A DNA stretch of 64,000 nt from Longimicrobiales bacterium (lineage in GTDB: Bacteria; Gemmatimonadota; Gemmatimonadetes; Longimicrobiales; Gaopeijiaceae). Positions within the stretch are counted from its first letter, which is position 1; every line of letters starts with the position of its first letter. The notes under the pieces were generated by a model, which was not told where the DNA came from, did no database searches, and was given only the letters and a program-made list of their open reading frames with translations. The position numbers and the translations under genes are program-made. The stretch lies in assembly GCA_965202985.1 (NCBI GenBank), contig CBDBCF010000001.1:1280001-1344000 (forward strand), in the 5' to 3' direction. Below, one piece after another: positions 46,361-55,537 of this stretch.

Positions 46361-49141
46361 CTAGGGAACGACCTTCCCTTCGGTCTTGGCGAAGTCCCCG
46401 GCCTTGACGAAGGTCATCTTCTCGGCGTCGATCCAGCGTCGGGCCGCGGCGTTGACCTGCTCGACGGTCAGCGACCGAATCTCGTCCTCTCGCCCGGCCT
46501 GCCACGCCATCGTGCGCCCGAAGTACATGTTGCTGTTCAGGGTTCCGGCCAGCGAGGGGTCTTGCGCCCGCTGGAGGTTCGCGGACTGCAGGTAGCCCTG
46601 GATCCCGGCCTCCACCTCTTCGCTGGTGAACCCGTCCGCCAGCACCTTGTCGATCTCTTCGCGGAAGACGGCCTCCAGCTTCTCCCGGTTCTCGGGGGCG
46701 AAGATGGCGAACGCCACGAACTGGCCCTGGTCGTCCAGCGGGTGCAGGGCCAACTGCGAACCAACGCCGTAGCTCAGCCCTTCGTCCTGGCGGATGCGCG
46801 TGGCCAAGCGCGAGTTCAGGAACCCGCCGCCCAGCAGGTAGTTGGCCATCGTCAGCGCCGCGGCGTCCTCGTGTTCCTGCGTCATGGGCAGGGTCATGGC
46901 CGCCAAGAACATGGCGTTGGCCTTGTCGGGCGTCTCGATCTGAATCGCTTCGGCCGGGATCTCCCGGAAGTCGTTGGACGCCCGCTCGAACGACACTTGG
47001 GCAGCCCACTCTCCGAACGCCTCGTCGACGATGCCGGCGGCCTCCGCCTCGTCGAAGTCGCCGACGATGGCCACGGTGGCCGCGTCGGCCCCGAAGAACT
47101 CTTCGTAGAACGCCCGGACCTCCTCCACGGTCAAGGCCTCGATGGCGGCGATCGCCTCTTCGGGCGTGGGCGTGTACTGCGGATGGTCCGGGTCGCGTGG
47201 GTTCATGTGCCGCTGCATGGCGATGACGGCCTGGACCTGGGGCTCGGACTTTTGGATCTCCAGGCCGGCCAGCTGCTCTTCCTTGAGGAGCGCGAACTCG
47301 TCGGCGGAGAACGCCGGCTCGCGGAGCACTTCGGCCAGGAGCCGCAACGCCTCCGCAAAGTGCTCGCGGGTCGCCTGGACCTGGGCCTGCACGACGATCG
47401 GACCGCCGCCAACCGAAAGCTGGGCCTGGAGGCGGTTCATCTCGTCCTCGATCTCCTGACGCGACCGGCGGACGGTGCCCCGCATCAGCATCTGGCTGGC
47501 GGCCTGTCCGGCCTGGGCGCGGCCCGTCAGCGCTTCTTCGGTGCCCAGACGCAGCACCAAGGTCGCCACCACCGTCTCCCCCCGCGTGTCCTTGGGCAGC
47601 AGGGCGACCTTCATCCCGCTGGCCACCTCCCGCACCTGGGTCCGGGCGTCGATGTTGGCCGGCGACGGGTCGAACGCCTCTCCCTCGGCGACGGCTTCCG
47701 CCCCTTCGTAGCCCTCGACGACCGAGGCCACGTCCGGCGCCGCCGGGATCTCGGCCCGGTCCGGCTGGTCGTCGGGGATGAAGACGCCCACGGTGCGGTT
47801 GGAGGGCTTCAGGTAGGCGAGCGCCACGCGCTGCACGTCTTCGGCGGCGACCTCCTTCAGGCGGTCCCGGTGGATGAAGAACAGCCGCCAGTCGCCCATG
47901 GCCCCCCACTCGCTCAGGTCCAGCGCGATCTCGCGCGAGTCGTTGAAGCGCCGCTCAATCGCCGCCAGCCGGGCCTGCCGCGCGCGCTCCACCTCTTCGC
48001 CGGTGACGGGGCTGGTCAGCACGTCCTGGATCGTCTGCGCCATGGCGTCGGCCACCTCGGTCGCCGAACCCTCGTCCCGCACCACGGCGAACGTCATCAG
48101 GTTGCCCGGCTCCCGAAGTTGGCTGGCCTGCGCGAAGATCGACGCGGCCAAGCCCGGCTCCACCAACGCCTGGTAGAGTCGGCCCGAGGGCTCGTCACCC
48201 AGGATCCACGACAGGATGTCCAGCGCGGCGAAGTCCTCGTGATAGCCGGCGGGCACGTGGTACAGGTGCGCCACCAGCTGGGCGTCGCCGGCGCGTCGCA
48301 GCGTGACGGTGCGCTCGCCGTCCTGCGCGGGCTCGGCGGTGTACGTCGGGTAGATCACGTTGTCGCCCGAACGATCGGGCCGGGGCAAGGCGCCGAACTT
48401 CTCGACGACCAGGGCCAGCGCCTCTTCCACGTCGAACTGGCCGGCCACCACCAGCTGCGCGTTGTCGGGCTGGTAGTACTTGCGGTAGAACGCCTGCAGG
48501 CGCTCGATCGGCACGTTCTCCAAGTCCGCGCGCGCGCCGATGGTGGAGTTCCCGTAGTTGTGCCACAGGTACGCCACCGAGTTCATGCGCTTGTAGAGGA
48601 CGTTGAAGGGGCTGTTCTCGCCCGCCTCCCATTCGTTCCGCACCACGGTCATCTCCGACTCCAAGTCCTCTGCGGAGATGAAGGAGTTGACCATCCGGTC
48701 GGCCTCCAGGTCCAGCGCCCACTCCAGGTTCTCGGAGCTGGCGGGGAAGGTCTCGAAGTAGTTGGTGCGGTCCAGCCAGGTGGTGCCGTTGGGCTGCGCG
48801 CCCCGCTCGGTGAGCTCCTGGGGGATGTCGGGGTGGTTCGGCGTGCCCTTGAAGACCAGGTGTTCCAGCAGGTGGGCCATGCCGGTCTCGCCGTACCCCT
48901 CGTGGCGGGAGCCCACGAAGTAGGTGATGTTCACCGTGGTCTGGGGCTGGCTGGGGTCCGGGAAGAGAAGGACGCGGAGGCCGTTGTCCAGCCGGTACTC
49001 GGTGATGCCCTCCACGGAGGGGCCGGGCGTCGGCGCTTGGGCGGCGGCGGAGCCGGGACGCTGGCCGGCGGCTGCGACGGCGAGGACGAGGACGAGGAGG
49101 GCGAGCTTGGCGCGACTCGTTGCCGGGGCGGGGTCGTTCAT
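46361..49141 (-). CDS. M16 family (pitrilysin/insulinase-like) zinc peptidase, exported
   Basis: Signal peptide, AHLLEHLVFKGT (HxxEH), NGTTWLDRTNYFE, SRLATRIRQDEGLSY; ATGA overlap with the upstream gene. Confidence 0.93.
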   Translation of the reverse strand: MNDPAPATSRAKLALLVLVLAVAAAGQRPGSAAAQAPTPGPSVEGITEYRLDNGLRVLLFPDPSQPQTTVNITYFVGSRHEGYGETGMAHLLEHLVFKGTPNHPDIPQELTERGAQPNGTTWLDRTNYFETFPASSENLEWALDLEADRMVNSFISAEDLESEMTVVRNEWEAGENSPFNVLYKRMNSVAYLWHNYGNSTIGARADLENVPIERLQAFYRKYYQPDNAQLVVAGQFDVEEALALVVEKFGALPRPDRSGDNVIYPTYTAEPAQDGERTVTLRRAGDAQLVAHLYHVPAGYHEDFAALDILSWILGDEPSGRLYQALVEPGLAASIFAQASQLREPGNLMTFAVVRDEGSATEVADAMAQTIQDVLTSPVTGEEVERARQARLAAIERRFNDSREIALDLSEWGAMGDWRLFFIHRDRLKEVAAEDVQRVALAYLKPSNRTVGVFIPDDQPDRAEIPAAPDVASVVEGYEGAEAVAEGEAFDPSPANIDARTQVREVASGMKVALLPKDTRGETVVATLVLRLGTEEALTGRAQAGQAASQMLMRGTVRRSRQEIEDEMNRLQAQLSVGGGPIVVQAQVQATREHFAEALRLLAEVLREPAFSADEFALLKEEQLAGLEIQKSEPQVQAVIAMQRHMNPRDPDHPQYTPTPEEAIAAIEALTVEEVRAFYEEFFGADAATVAIVGDFDEAEAAGIVDEAFGEWAAQVSFERASNDFREIPAEAIQIETPDKANAMFLAAMTLPMTQEHEDAAALTMANYLLGGGFLNSRLATRIRQDEGLSYGVGSQLALHPLDDQGQFVAFAIFAPENREKLEAVFREEIDKVLADGFTSEEVEAGIQGYLQSANLQRAQDPSLAGTLNSNMYFGRTMAWQAGREDEIRSLTVEQVNAAARRWIDAEKMTFVKAGDFAKTEGKVVP

Positions 49142-50913
49142 GATGGTTCTCCGTGGAGCGCAAGAGTTCTGAGGCGGTTCAGGGCGGCGGCAACGTCCTG
49201 CAGTCGCGGGGCGGCCAAGTCGCCGGTTCGTCTCGGGTCCAGAGCGTCCAGGCCGTGCCGTTCCAACAACGCGCCAACTTCGGCGAGCACATCCTCCATG
49301 GTCTTGCCGGCTCCCATGCGCCGCCGCGCCCAGGCCACCGCAAGGGCGACCGCGCGGGCCTGCTCGTGGGAAACGATCTGGGCCACGCCTGAAATGTCTA
49401 TGGTTTCGGCGCCGAATACCACCGCGCGCCGGTCGCGCACCTTGACGTAGCGCTCTCGGCGCCCGCGCTCGGGCCGCACCGAAGCGGCGTCCGGGCAACG
49501 GCGTCGCGACGGCCAGCCGACCGGCCCCTGCGCGGCTTGCCGGCCCGTGGGATGCGCAGCGGCGACCTCGCGCGCCTCGGCGGTCAGGTCCTGCGGCCGG
49601 TAGCGGATCATGCCCACCACGTGGTCCGCCACGTCCAGGTAGTCGCCCGAACCGCCGACGACCAGCACCGTGCCGACGCCCCGGTCCTCGTACAGGCTGC
49701 GCACACGGTCGATGAACGGCGTGATTGGTTCGTCGTTGCCCCGCACCAGCGCCTGCATCCGCCGGTCGCGGATCATGAAGTTGGTGGCGGCCGTGTCTTC
49801 GTCCACCAGCAGCAGGCGCGTGCCGGCCTCCAGGGCCTCGACGGTGGCGGCCGCTTGGCTGGTGGACCCGGAGGCGTTGGCCGTGAAGAACCGGGTCGTG
49901 TCCTGCTCTCCGGGGAGCGCGCCGATGAACGGCGAGATGTCCACGCCCGCTACGGGTCGCCCGTCCTCCGCCTGGAGCTTGACGGCGGTGGCGTCGGTGA
50001 CGACCTGCTCCCGGCCGTCTCCCGGACGGTGGTTGTAGACGCCCCGGGCGATGGCGTCGAGCACCGTGGACTTGCCGTGGTAGCCGCCCCCCACGAGAAG
50101 AGTCACGCCCTGCGGAACGCCCATGCCCGACACCGGCGGGCCGTTGGGGCGCTCGAGCACGACCCGAAACGAGGGCGGCGACTCGAAGGGCACGGCCCGT
50201 TCCGTGGCCAGGGGCCGGTCGTCCACGCCGCTCCTGCGGGGGAGCACGGCGCCGTCGGCCACGAACGACGCCAAGCCTTGTTCCGCAAGCTGCTCCCGCA
50301 GGGCGGCTGCGTCTTCGTTGGTCTCGGCGTGGAGGGCGACCGCGGCGGGATCGTGGGCGGCGCAGGTCAGCGCCGATTCGACCAGCCGGGGCGTCGCTTC
50401 CAGCAGCAGCCGCTCGGCTTCGCGCCCCATGACGCGGCGCCCGCGGGCCGGCAGTCCCACCGTGAACCGCGCCTCGACGGCGCCCTCCGCGTCCACCGTC
50501 ACGGCGGTGTTTGCGAGCACCACCTGGCCCGGGTCCGCCATGGCGATTTCGCCGCTCCGCCCACTTCCAGCGTTCCGCCCGTTTTCGGCCCCCCGCCGAC
50601 CCCCGCCGTCCCGTCCACCACGGCCGCCGCCCTGGATTCGACGGGCCAGCGCCGCGAACCGTCGCGCCAGTAGGCACGAAAGGCCGATCCGGCGCGAAGG
50701 CGAAGTCAGCAGCTCCGCCGGAAAGCCCGCCTCCGAGGGATCGAGCAGGGCGGCAACCCGGGTGGGCGCGGCATAGGGGTCGCCCTGCACCCGCCTGACG
50801 TCCAGCTCGAAGCCCGGAAGGCGCCAACTTCCCCGCACGTCCCGGTACGCCGGGTACCCGCGTCCGTCGATGCGCCGCAGAACGCGAGCGAGGTCGTCGG
50901 CAGTTCGGGTCAT
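49138..50913 (-). CDS. ABC_ATPase-domain protein (MRB1590-like predicted ATPase)
   Basis: IDGRGYPAY, VQGDPYAAP, GLPARGR, GGGYHGKSTVL, NASGSTSQAA, DEDTAATNFMIRD, AALNRLR. Confidence 0.85.
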   Translation of the reverse strand: MTRTADDLARVLRRIDGRGYPAYRDVRGSWRLPGFELDVRRVQGDPYAAPTRVAALLDPSEAGFPAELLTSPSRRIGLSCLLARRFAALARRIQGGGRGGRDGGGRRGAENGRNAGSGRSGEIAMADPGQVVLANTAVTVDAEGAVEARFTVGLPARGRRVMGREAERLLLEATPRLVESALTCAAHDPAAVALHAETNEDAAALREQLAEQGLASFVADGAVLPRRSGVDDRPLATERAVPFESPPSFRVVLERPNGPPVSGMGVPQGVTLLVGGGYHGKSTVLDAIARGVYNHRPGDGREQVVTDATAVKLQAEDGRPVAGVDISPFIGALPGEQDTTRFFTANASGSTSQAAATVEALEAGTRLLLVDEDTAATNFMIRDRRMQALVRGNDEPITPFIDRVRSLYEDRGVGTVLVVGGSGDYLDVADHVVGMIRYRPQDLTAEAREVAAAHPTGRQAAQGPVGWPSRRRCPDAASVRPERGRRERYVKVRDRRAVVFGAETIDISGVAQIVSHEQARAVALAVAWARRRMGAGKTMEDVLAEVGALLERHGLDALDPRRTGDLAAPRLQDVAAALNRLRTLALHGEPS

Positions 50914-51019
50914 GGGCCGATTTCGGTCCGGGTCGGAGGGGTGCGCGTCGGACTGGACGCGCGAGCTTGCGGGGGCTCGCTTGCAAGCCGCGCAGGGTGC
51001 AATTTCACCCGAGCGCCCG

Positions 51020-51048
51020 GCGATCGGAACGCTTGCGATCGGAACGCT
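51020..51048. repeat. Direct repeat GCGATCGGAACGCT x2
   Basis: 14-mer at 51020 and 51035 in the divergent intergenic region. Confidence 0.7.
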
Positions 51049-51115
51049 CGAGGAGACCCCCGATTCGGAGCGCCCTCCGGGCAGCGGCCCAAACGCGAGC
51101 ACACGGAGACCAACC

Positions 51116-52249
51116 ATGAAGCCTTCTTGCCCGTGGCGGCCCGCACTCCCCCTGCCGGCCACGGCCACCTTCCGCCTTGCGACTGCGGCGGCCCTGGTCG
51201 TAGCGGCCGCTTGCTCCAGCACTGGACCCGCCGCGCCCGGCGACGACGCCGGCGACCTGAGCTGCGACGACCTGGATTCGGCGTTCCTGGCCGACGGCGG
51301 CGTGGGACGGGACGGCATCCCGGCCCTCTCGAACCCGCCCTTCGTGAACCTGGACCACGAGACGACTTCGTACTTGTCCGACCGGGCGCGGGTGATCGGC
51401 GCGCGCGTGGGCGGCGAGTGGCTGGCCGTTCCCCACAACGTCATGTACCGCCACGAGGTGGTGAACCTGAACCGGGGCGGCGACCAGGTGGTAGTCACGT
51501 ATTGCCCTTTGACGGGATCGGCGCTGGCCTTCGACCGAACGTCGGCCGGGGGCGCGGAGTTCGGCGTGTCGGGACTGCTCTACCAGGCCAACCTGATCAT
51601 GTACGACCGGACCACCGACGATTCCCTGTGGCCCCAGATGGCGGGACGGGCGGCGTGCGGCCCCCGCAGAGGCCAGCACCTGACGCGCCATCCCGTGCTG
51701 GAAACGACCTGGGGCGGCTGGCGGGAGCTGTTCCCCGGCGGCAGGGTCCTCTCCGTAAGCGCCTTTGACGCGCAGCTCTACGCGGTCAACCCCTACGGCG
51801 CCTCCTACGAGTTCCCGTCCAACGGCGACTACCTGGGCTTCCCCATTCCCCGCGCCGACACCCGACGTCCTCCCAAGGAGCGTGTCCTGGGCTTTCCGTC
51901 TGCCGGTGGAGAAGCCCCCCGAGCGTTTCCGTTCCAGGCCATGGAGGCGCAAGGGGCCGCGTGGACCGGCACGCTGGAGTTCGACGGTCGGCCGGCGGCG
52001 GTCCTGTGGGACTCGCGACGGGCGGCGGCGGTGGCGGTGCGGCCGGTTGCGGCCGGGCGCACCCTGTCGCTCGGGATCGAAGACGGCTGGATCGTGGACG
52101 CCGAGACCGGTTCCCGCTGGTCCGTGCGCGGGCGAGCCGAGTCGGGACCGCTGGCCGGCACGGAGCTTCTCTTGGTCGCGGAGGCCTACGTGGCCTTTTG
52201 GCAGGCGTGGGCGGCGTTCCACCCCGACACCGAACTGGTGATTGAGTAG
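51116..52249 (+). CDS. DUF3179 family lipoprotein
   Basis: VAAAC lipobox, DGIPAL, HEVVN, TYCPLTGS, FGVSGLLYQANLIMYDRTTDDSLWPQM, FWQAWAAFHPDT. Confidence 0.88.
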   Translation: MKPSCPWRPALPLPATATFRLATAAALVVAAACSSTGPAAPGDDAGDLSCDDLDSAFLADGGVGRDGIPALSNPPFVNLDHETTSYLSDRARVIGARVGGEWLAVPHNVMYRHEVVNLNRGGDQVVVTYCPLTGSALAFDRTSAGGAEFGVSGLLYQANLIMYDRTTDDSLWPQMAGRAACGPRRGQHLTRHPVLETTWGGWRELFPGGRVLSVSAFDAQLYAVNPYGASYEFPSNGDYLGFPIPRADTRRPPKERVLGFPSAGGEAPRAFPFQAMEAQGAAWTGTLEFDGRPAAVLWDSRRAAAVAVRPVAAGRTLSLGIEDGWIVDAETGSRWSVRGRAESGPLAGTELLLVAEAYVAFWQAWAAFHPDTELVIE

Positions 52250-53156
52250 GAGGTCGCGAGCGGGCGGCACGGGCGCGAGAGCGGGGGTCGCGGCGATTGC
52301 GTCCGGCGCAGCGGCTGCTGCCGTGGCAGGCGTTGCCGTCGCCGCGGAGCCGGGCGGCGCAACCCAGTGGGTGGAGGGCCCGGGCAAGGGCTGGTCGGCG
52401 CTGGCCGTGTACCACCAGGACACTCGCAACCGCTACGGCGCAGGCGGCGAGGTCCGGGCCTTCTTCGCGAGCGGCCGGGCCGCGACCACGTCCGCCTTCC
52501 TGACGACGGCCCTGGGGGTGGCGCCCGGCGTGGACGCCTGGGTCCAGTTCTCGTTCCATCGCCTTCGCTACGACGACTTCGCCGGAGAACGCTCGTCCAC
52601 CGGGGTCGGCGACATGCGCTTCTGGCTTCGGGCGGCGCCCCTTCGCTGGCTGGGTTCCCAGCTCCCCGTCGCAGTGCGAGTCGGCGCGAAGCTCCCCGTC
52701 GGCGACTTCGACGTGAATGCGGAGATCGTGCCGTTGGGCGACGGCCAGCGGGACTGGGAGGCGCTGATCGAGGCCGGCCATTCGTTCTGGCCGCGTCCTT
52801 GGTACCTGTCGGCCTGGGGCGGGTACCGCTGGCGCGAGGAAAACCGCGAGTCGCGCAAGGACTTCGGGAACGAGTTCTTCTACTTCCTGCAAGTCGGCGG
52901 GCGCTTGGCGGGACCGGTCGGCGTCAAGGTGGCGGTGGACGGCTGGAAGGGCGCGTCCGGCGTCACCGAAGGCGTTCCGATTCCCAGCTTTCGTCGCGAG
53001 CTGGTTCAGCTCCAGTCGTCTCTGACCTGGGACCTTGGACCCGGCCAGTTCGAGGTGGGCGCCCGCCGAGCCCTGCGCGGCAGGAACCTGCCCGCCGGCA
53101 CCACCTTCTTGGCCCAGTACTTCACCCGTCTGGACGCGTTCTCGGGTCGGCGTTAG
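52242..53156 (+). CDS. Hypothetical exported / outer-membrane beta-barrel protein
   Basis: Signal-like N-terminus, GVGD, KLPVGDF..PLGDGQRD, amphipathic strands; overlaps the DUF3179 stop. Confidence 0.6.
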   Translation: MSRRSRAGGTGARAGVAAIASGAAAAAVAGVAVAAEPGGATQWVEGPGKGWSALAVYHQDTRNRYGAGGEVRAFFASGRAATTSAFLTTALGVAPGVDAWVQFSFHRLRYDDFAGERSSTGVGDMRFWLRAAPLRWLGSQLPVAVRVGAKLPVGDFDVNAEIVPLGDGQRDWEALIEAGHSFWPRPWYLSAWGGYRWREENRESRKDFGNEFFYFLQVGGRLAGPVGVKVAVDGWKGASGVTEGVPIPSFRRELVQLQSSLTWDLGPGQFEVGARRALRGRNLPAGTTFLAQYFTRLDAFSGRR

Positions 53157-53245
53157 CGTCGCACGGGCACTAACGGACTACGCCGAGTACCATTGCGAGA
53201 ACGACAACGTCCGAACCCGCGTAGACCAACGAATCGACAAGCCTC

Positions 53246-53611
53246 TCAGCCGCCAAAGTCACAACTCAGTAGCTTAGGTTCCGCGAAGCGAAACATCTCT
53301 TGGCAAGCATGAAGCAAGGCCTCCGTGTCTCCGTTCGACAGCAAGTCGATTAGCGATCGTCCGCCCAAGGTTTCCGCCGGCCTGCGTACAACATCGGGGA
53401 TTTTTTCTGATCGAATGTAGTGCATTAGCAGGTCCGTAGCTTTTGCGATATCAGAAGCTCTGCTCGGATCCATGTTCAGCTTCAGCACACGACTTGCTTC
53501 GTTTGGATTCAACGCCCAGGCTTCAATTGTGACATCATATACATGACCATCTGGATCGACATGAGTGCCGTGAATGCCAGCCTTGCAAGGACGAGATGTT
53601 GCCATGTCCAT
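53246..53611 (-). CDS. Degenerate Xre/MbcA-like antitoxin-related protein
   Basis: WALNPNEASRVL...DIAKATDLLMHYIRSEKIPDVVRRPAETLGGRSLIDLL; isolated low-GC patch; no toxin adjacent. Confidence 0.5.
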   Translation of the reverse strand: MDMATSRPCKAGIHGTHVDPDGHVYDVTIEAWALNPNEASRVLKLNMDPSRASDIAKATDLLMHYIRSEKIPDVVRRPAETLGGRSLIDLLSNGDTEALLHACQEMFRFAEPKLLSCDFGG

Positions 53612-53842
53612 ATCCAGGATCGAGTGGGCGTCTGGTTGGTCGAGTCCGCGTCTCTGAAGAGGCAAGCTAATGCGTCGACGGCCAAAAGGGCTCAACAGGA
53701 CGAGTCGCAGACCGTTTGGGAAAGGAGCAAATGCGCCCGGCCCGGCGAGCAGAGTTGCGCAGCGGCGCGACAGGCGCGCATCCTTGGACGCTCCGGCGCT
53801 TCCTGCCGGTTCGCTAGCCATCCAACAAGGGGCGTCTCGTTC

Positions 53843-55537
53843 ATGTCTCGATTCCGTTCTGCCGTCCTGCTCGCGGCGCTTGCCGCAACCAGTGCTTGGG
53901 CGTGCCAGCCACCGGCGTCCTCGCCCGCTTCGTACGGGACCGACTTCGCCAAGGTCGCGTCCTCCGCCGCCGGAGTGGTGGCGGCCGCCCAACCGCTGGC
54001 CGCGGAGGCGGGCGCGCAGATGCTTCGGGCCGGGGGCAACGCTGCCGACGCCGCGGTGGCCGCAGCGTTCGCCGTCTCGGTGGTGGAGCCCTCCATGAAC
54101 AGCATCGGGGGGCGAACCCAGATCCTGCTCCGTCGCCCCGACGGGACGATCGCCGGCATCGACGCCACCACGCAGGCGCCCGCCACCTACGACCCGGACA
54201 CGGCTCCGCAAGCGGACTACGGCTATGCGACCGTGGGCGTTCCCGGCGCCGTCGCCGGGCTTGTCCGCCTGCTGGAAGAACACGGCACCATGACGCTGGC
54301 GCAGGTCGTGGCCCCCGCCGTCGCCTTGGCCGAGGACGGCTTTGCCCTGCTGCCGGGCGAAGCGAGGCGCCACGGCGCCGGGGCCAGCCAGCTGGCCGAG
54401 TTCCAAGGCTCCCGCGCGCACTTCCTGGACGCCGACGGGAACGCTCGCGCAGCGGGCGACGTTTTCGTCCAACCCGACTTGGCCCAAACCCTGCGGGCGA
54501 TCGCGGCGGGCGGCGCGGACGCCTTCTACCGAGGCGCCCTGGCGCAGCAGATGGCCGCCGACGTCCAAGCCCACGGCGGCGCACTCACGGAGGAAGCCCT
54601 TGCCGCGTACCAGGCTCGCAACTCGCGGATCGTGCGGGGCAGCTACCGGGGTCGCGAAGTCGTGGGCACGCACTTCCCCGCCTCGGGCGCCGTCAGCATC
54701 GGAATCCTGCATGTGCTCGAACACTTCGACATGACCTCGCTGGACGGCGACGAATGGGCGGCGCTGGTCGGCACGGCGGTCGCGCGAGTCTTCGCGCTCT
54801 CCCGCGAGAACGACACGACCGACGACGGCTCGCCCTTGACCGACAAGGCGTGGGCTGCGGAGGTGGCCGCCGGCATCGCCGTGCCCGGCGTGGAGGCGCG
54901 GGCGGCGGCGTGGCCGGGGCAAGCGGAGGCGCCCTGGGCAGACGCCGCGCACGCGTGGCCCAGCCCGGCGGGCGACGGTCACACCACGCACCTGTCCACC
55001 GCCGACGGCGCCGGCATGTACGTGTCCCTGACCCAGACGATCGGCCCCAACTTGGGCTCCAAGGTGGCCACGCCGGGACTGGGGTTCCTCTACGCCGCGA
55101 CCCTGGGCGGCTACTTGGGTCGGATGGAGCCCGGCGAAAGGGCCAGCTCCAGCATCTCGCCGCTCATGGTGCTGGAGGAAGGCGAGCCCGTGCTGGTGCT
55201 GGGCGCGGCGGGCGGCAGCCGCATCGTTTCGGCGGTCGTGCAAGCGGTGCTGCGCGTGGTGGACCAGGGCATGTCGCTGCCGGACGCGCTGGCCGCCGCC
55301 CGCGTCCATCCCGTCGAAGGGGGCATCGCCATGGAGACGTCGCCCGAGATCGGCTGGACGCCGGAGCAGGTCGCCGAAGTGGAGTCGTGGGGACTCGAGG
55401 TCGAGACGGTCGAGCGGGCCGGCGCCTTCGGTCGCATTCACGGCATCTGGGTGGACCGAACCACGGGCGTGAAGACGGGCGTGGCCGACCCGGATTGGGA
55501 AGGCGCTGCGGTCGTGCCGGACCAAAGCGGCTCATGA
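53843..55537 (+). CDS. ggt: Gamma-glutamyltransferase family protein, exported
   Basis: GGNAADAAVA, SIGG, VGVPGAVAG, HTTHLS (catalytic Thr), SLTQTIG, SSSISP, LGAAGGSRI, GVADP. Confidence 0.9.
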   Translation: MSRFRSAVLLAALAATSAWACQPPASSPASYGTDFAKVASSAAGVVAAAQPLAAEAGAQMLRAGGNAADAAVAAAFAVSVVEPSMNSIGGRTQILLRRPDGTIAGIDATTQAPATYDPDTAPQADYGYATVGVPGAVAGLVRLLEEHGTMTLAQVVAPAVALAEDGFALLPGEARRHGAGASQLAEFQGSRAHFLDADGNARAAGDVFVQPDLAQTLRAIAAGGADAFYRGALAQQMAADVQAHGGALTEEALAAYQARNSRIVRGSYRGREVVGTHFPASGAVSIGILHVLEHFDMTSLDGDEWAALVGTAVARVFALSRENDTTDDGSPLTDKAWAAEVAAGIAVPGVEARAAAWPGQAEAPWADAAHAWPSPAGDGHTTHLSTADGAGMYVSLTQTIGPNLGSKVATPGLGFLYAATLGGYLGRMEPGERASSSISPLMVLEEGEPVLVLGAAGGSRIVSAVVQAVLRVVDQGMSLPDALAAARVHPVEGGIAMETSPEIGWTPEQVAEVESWGLEVETVERAGAFGRIHGIWVDRTTGVKTGVADPDWEGAAVVPDQSGS

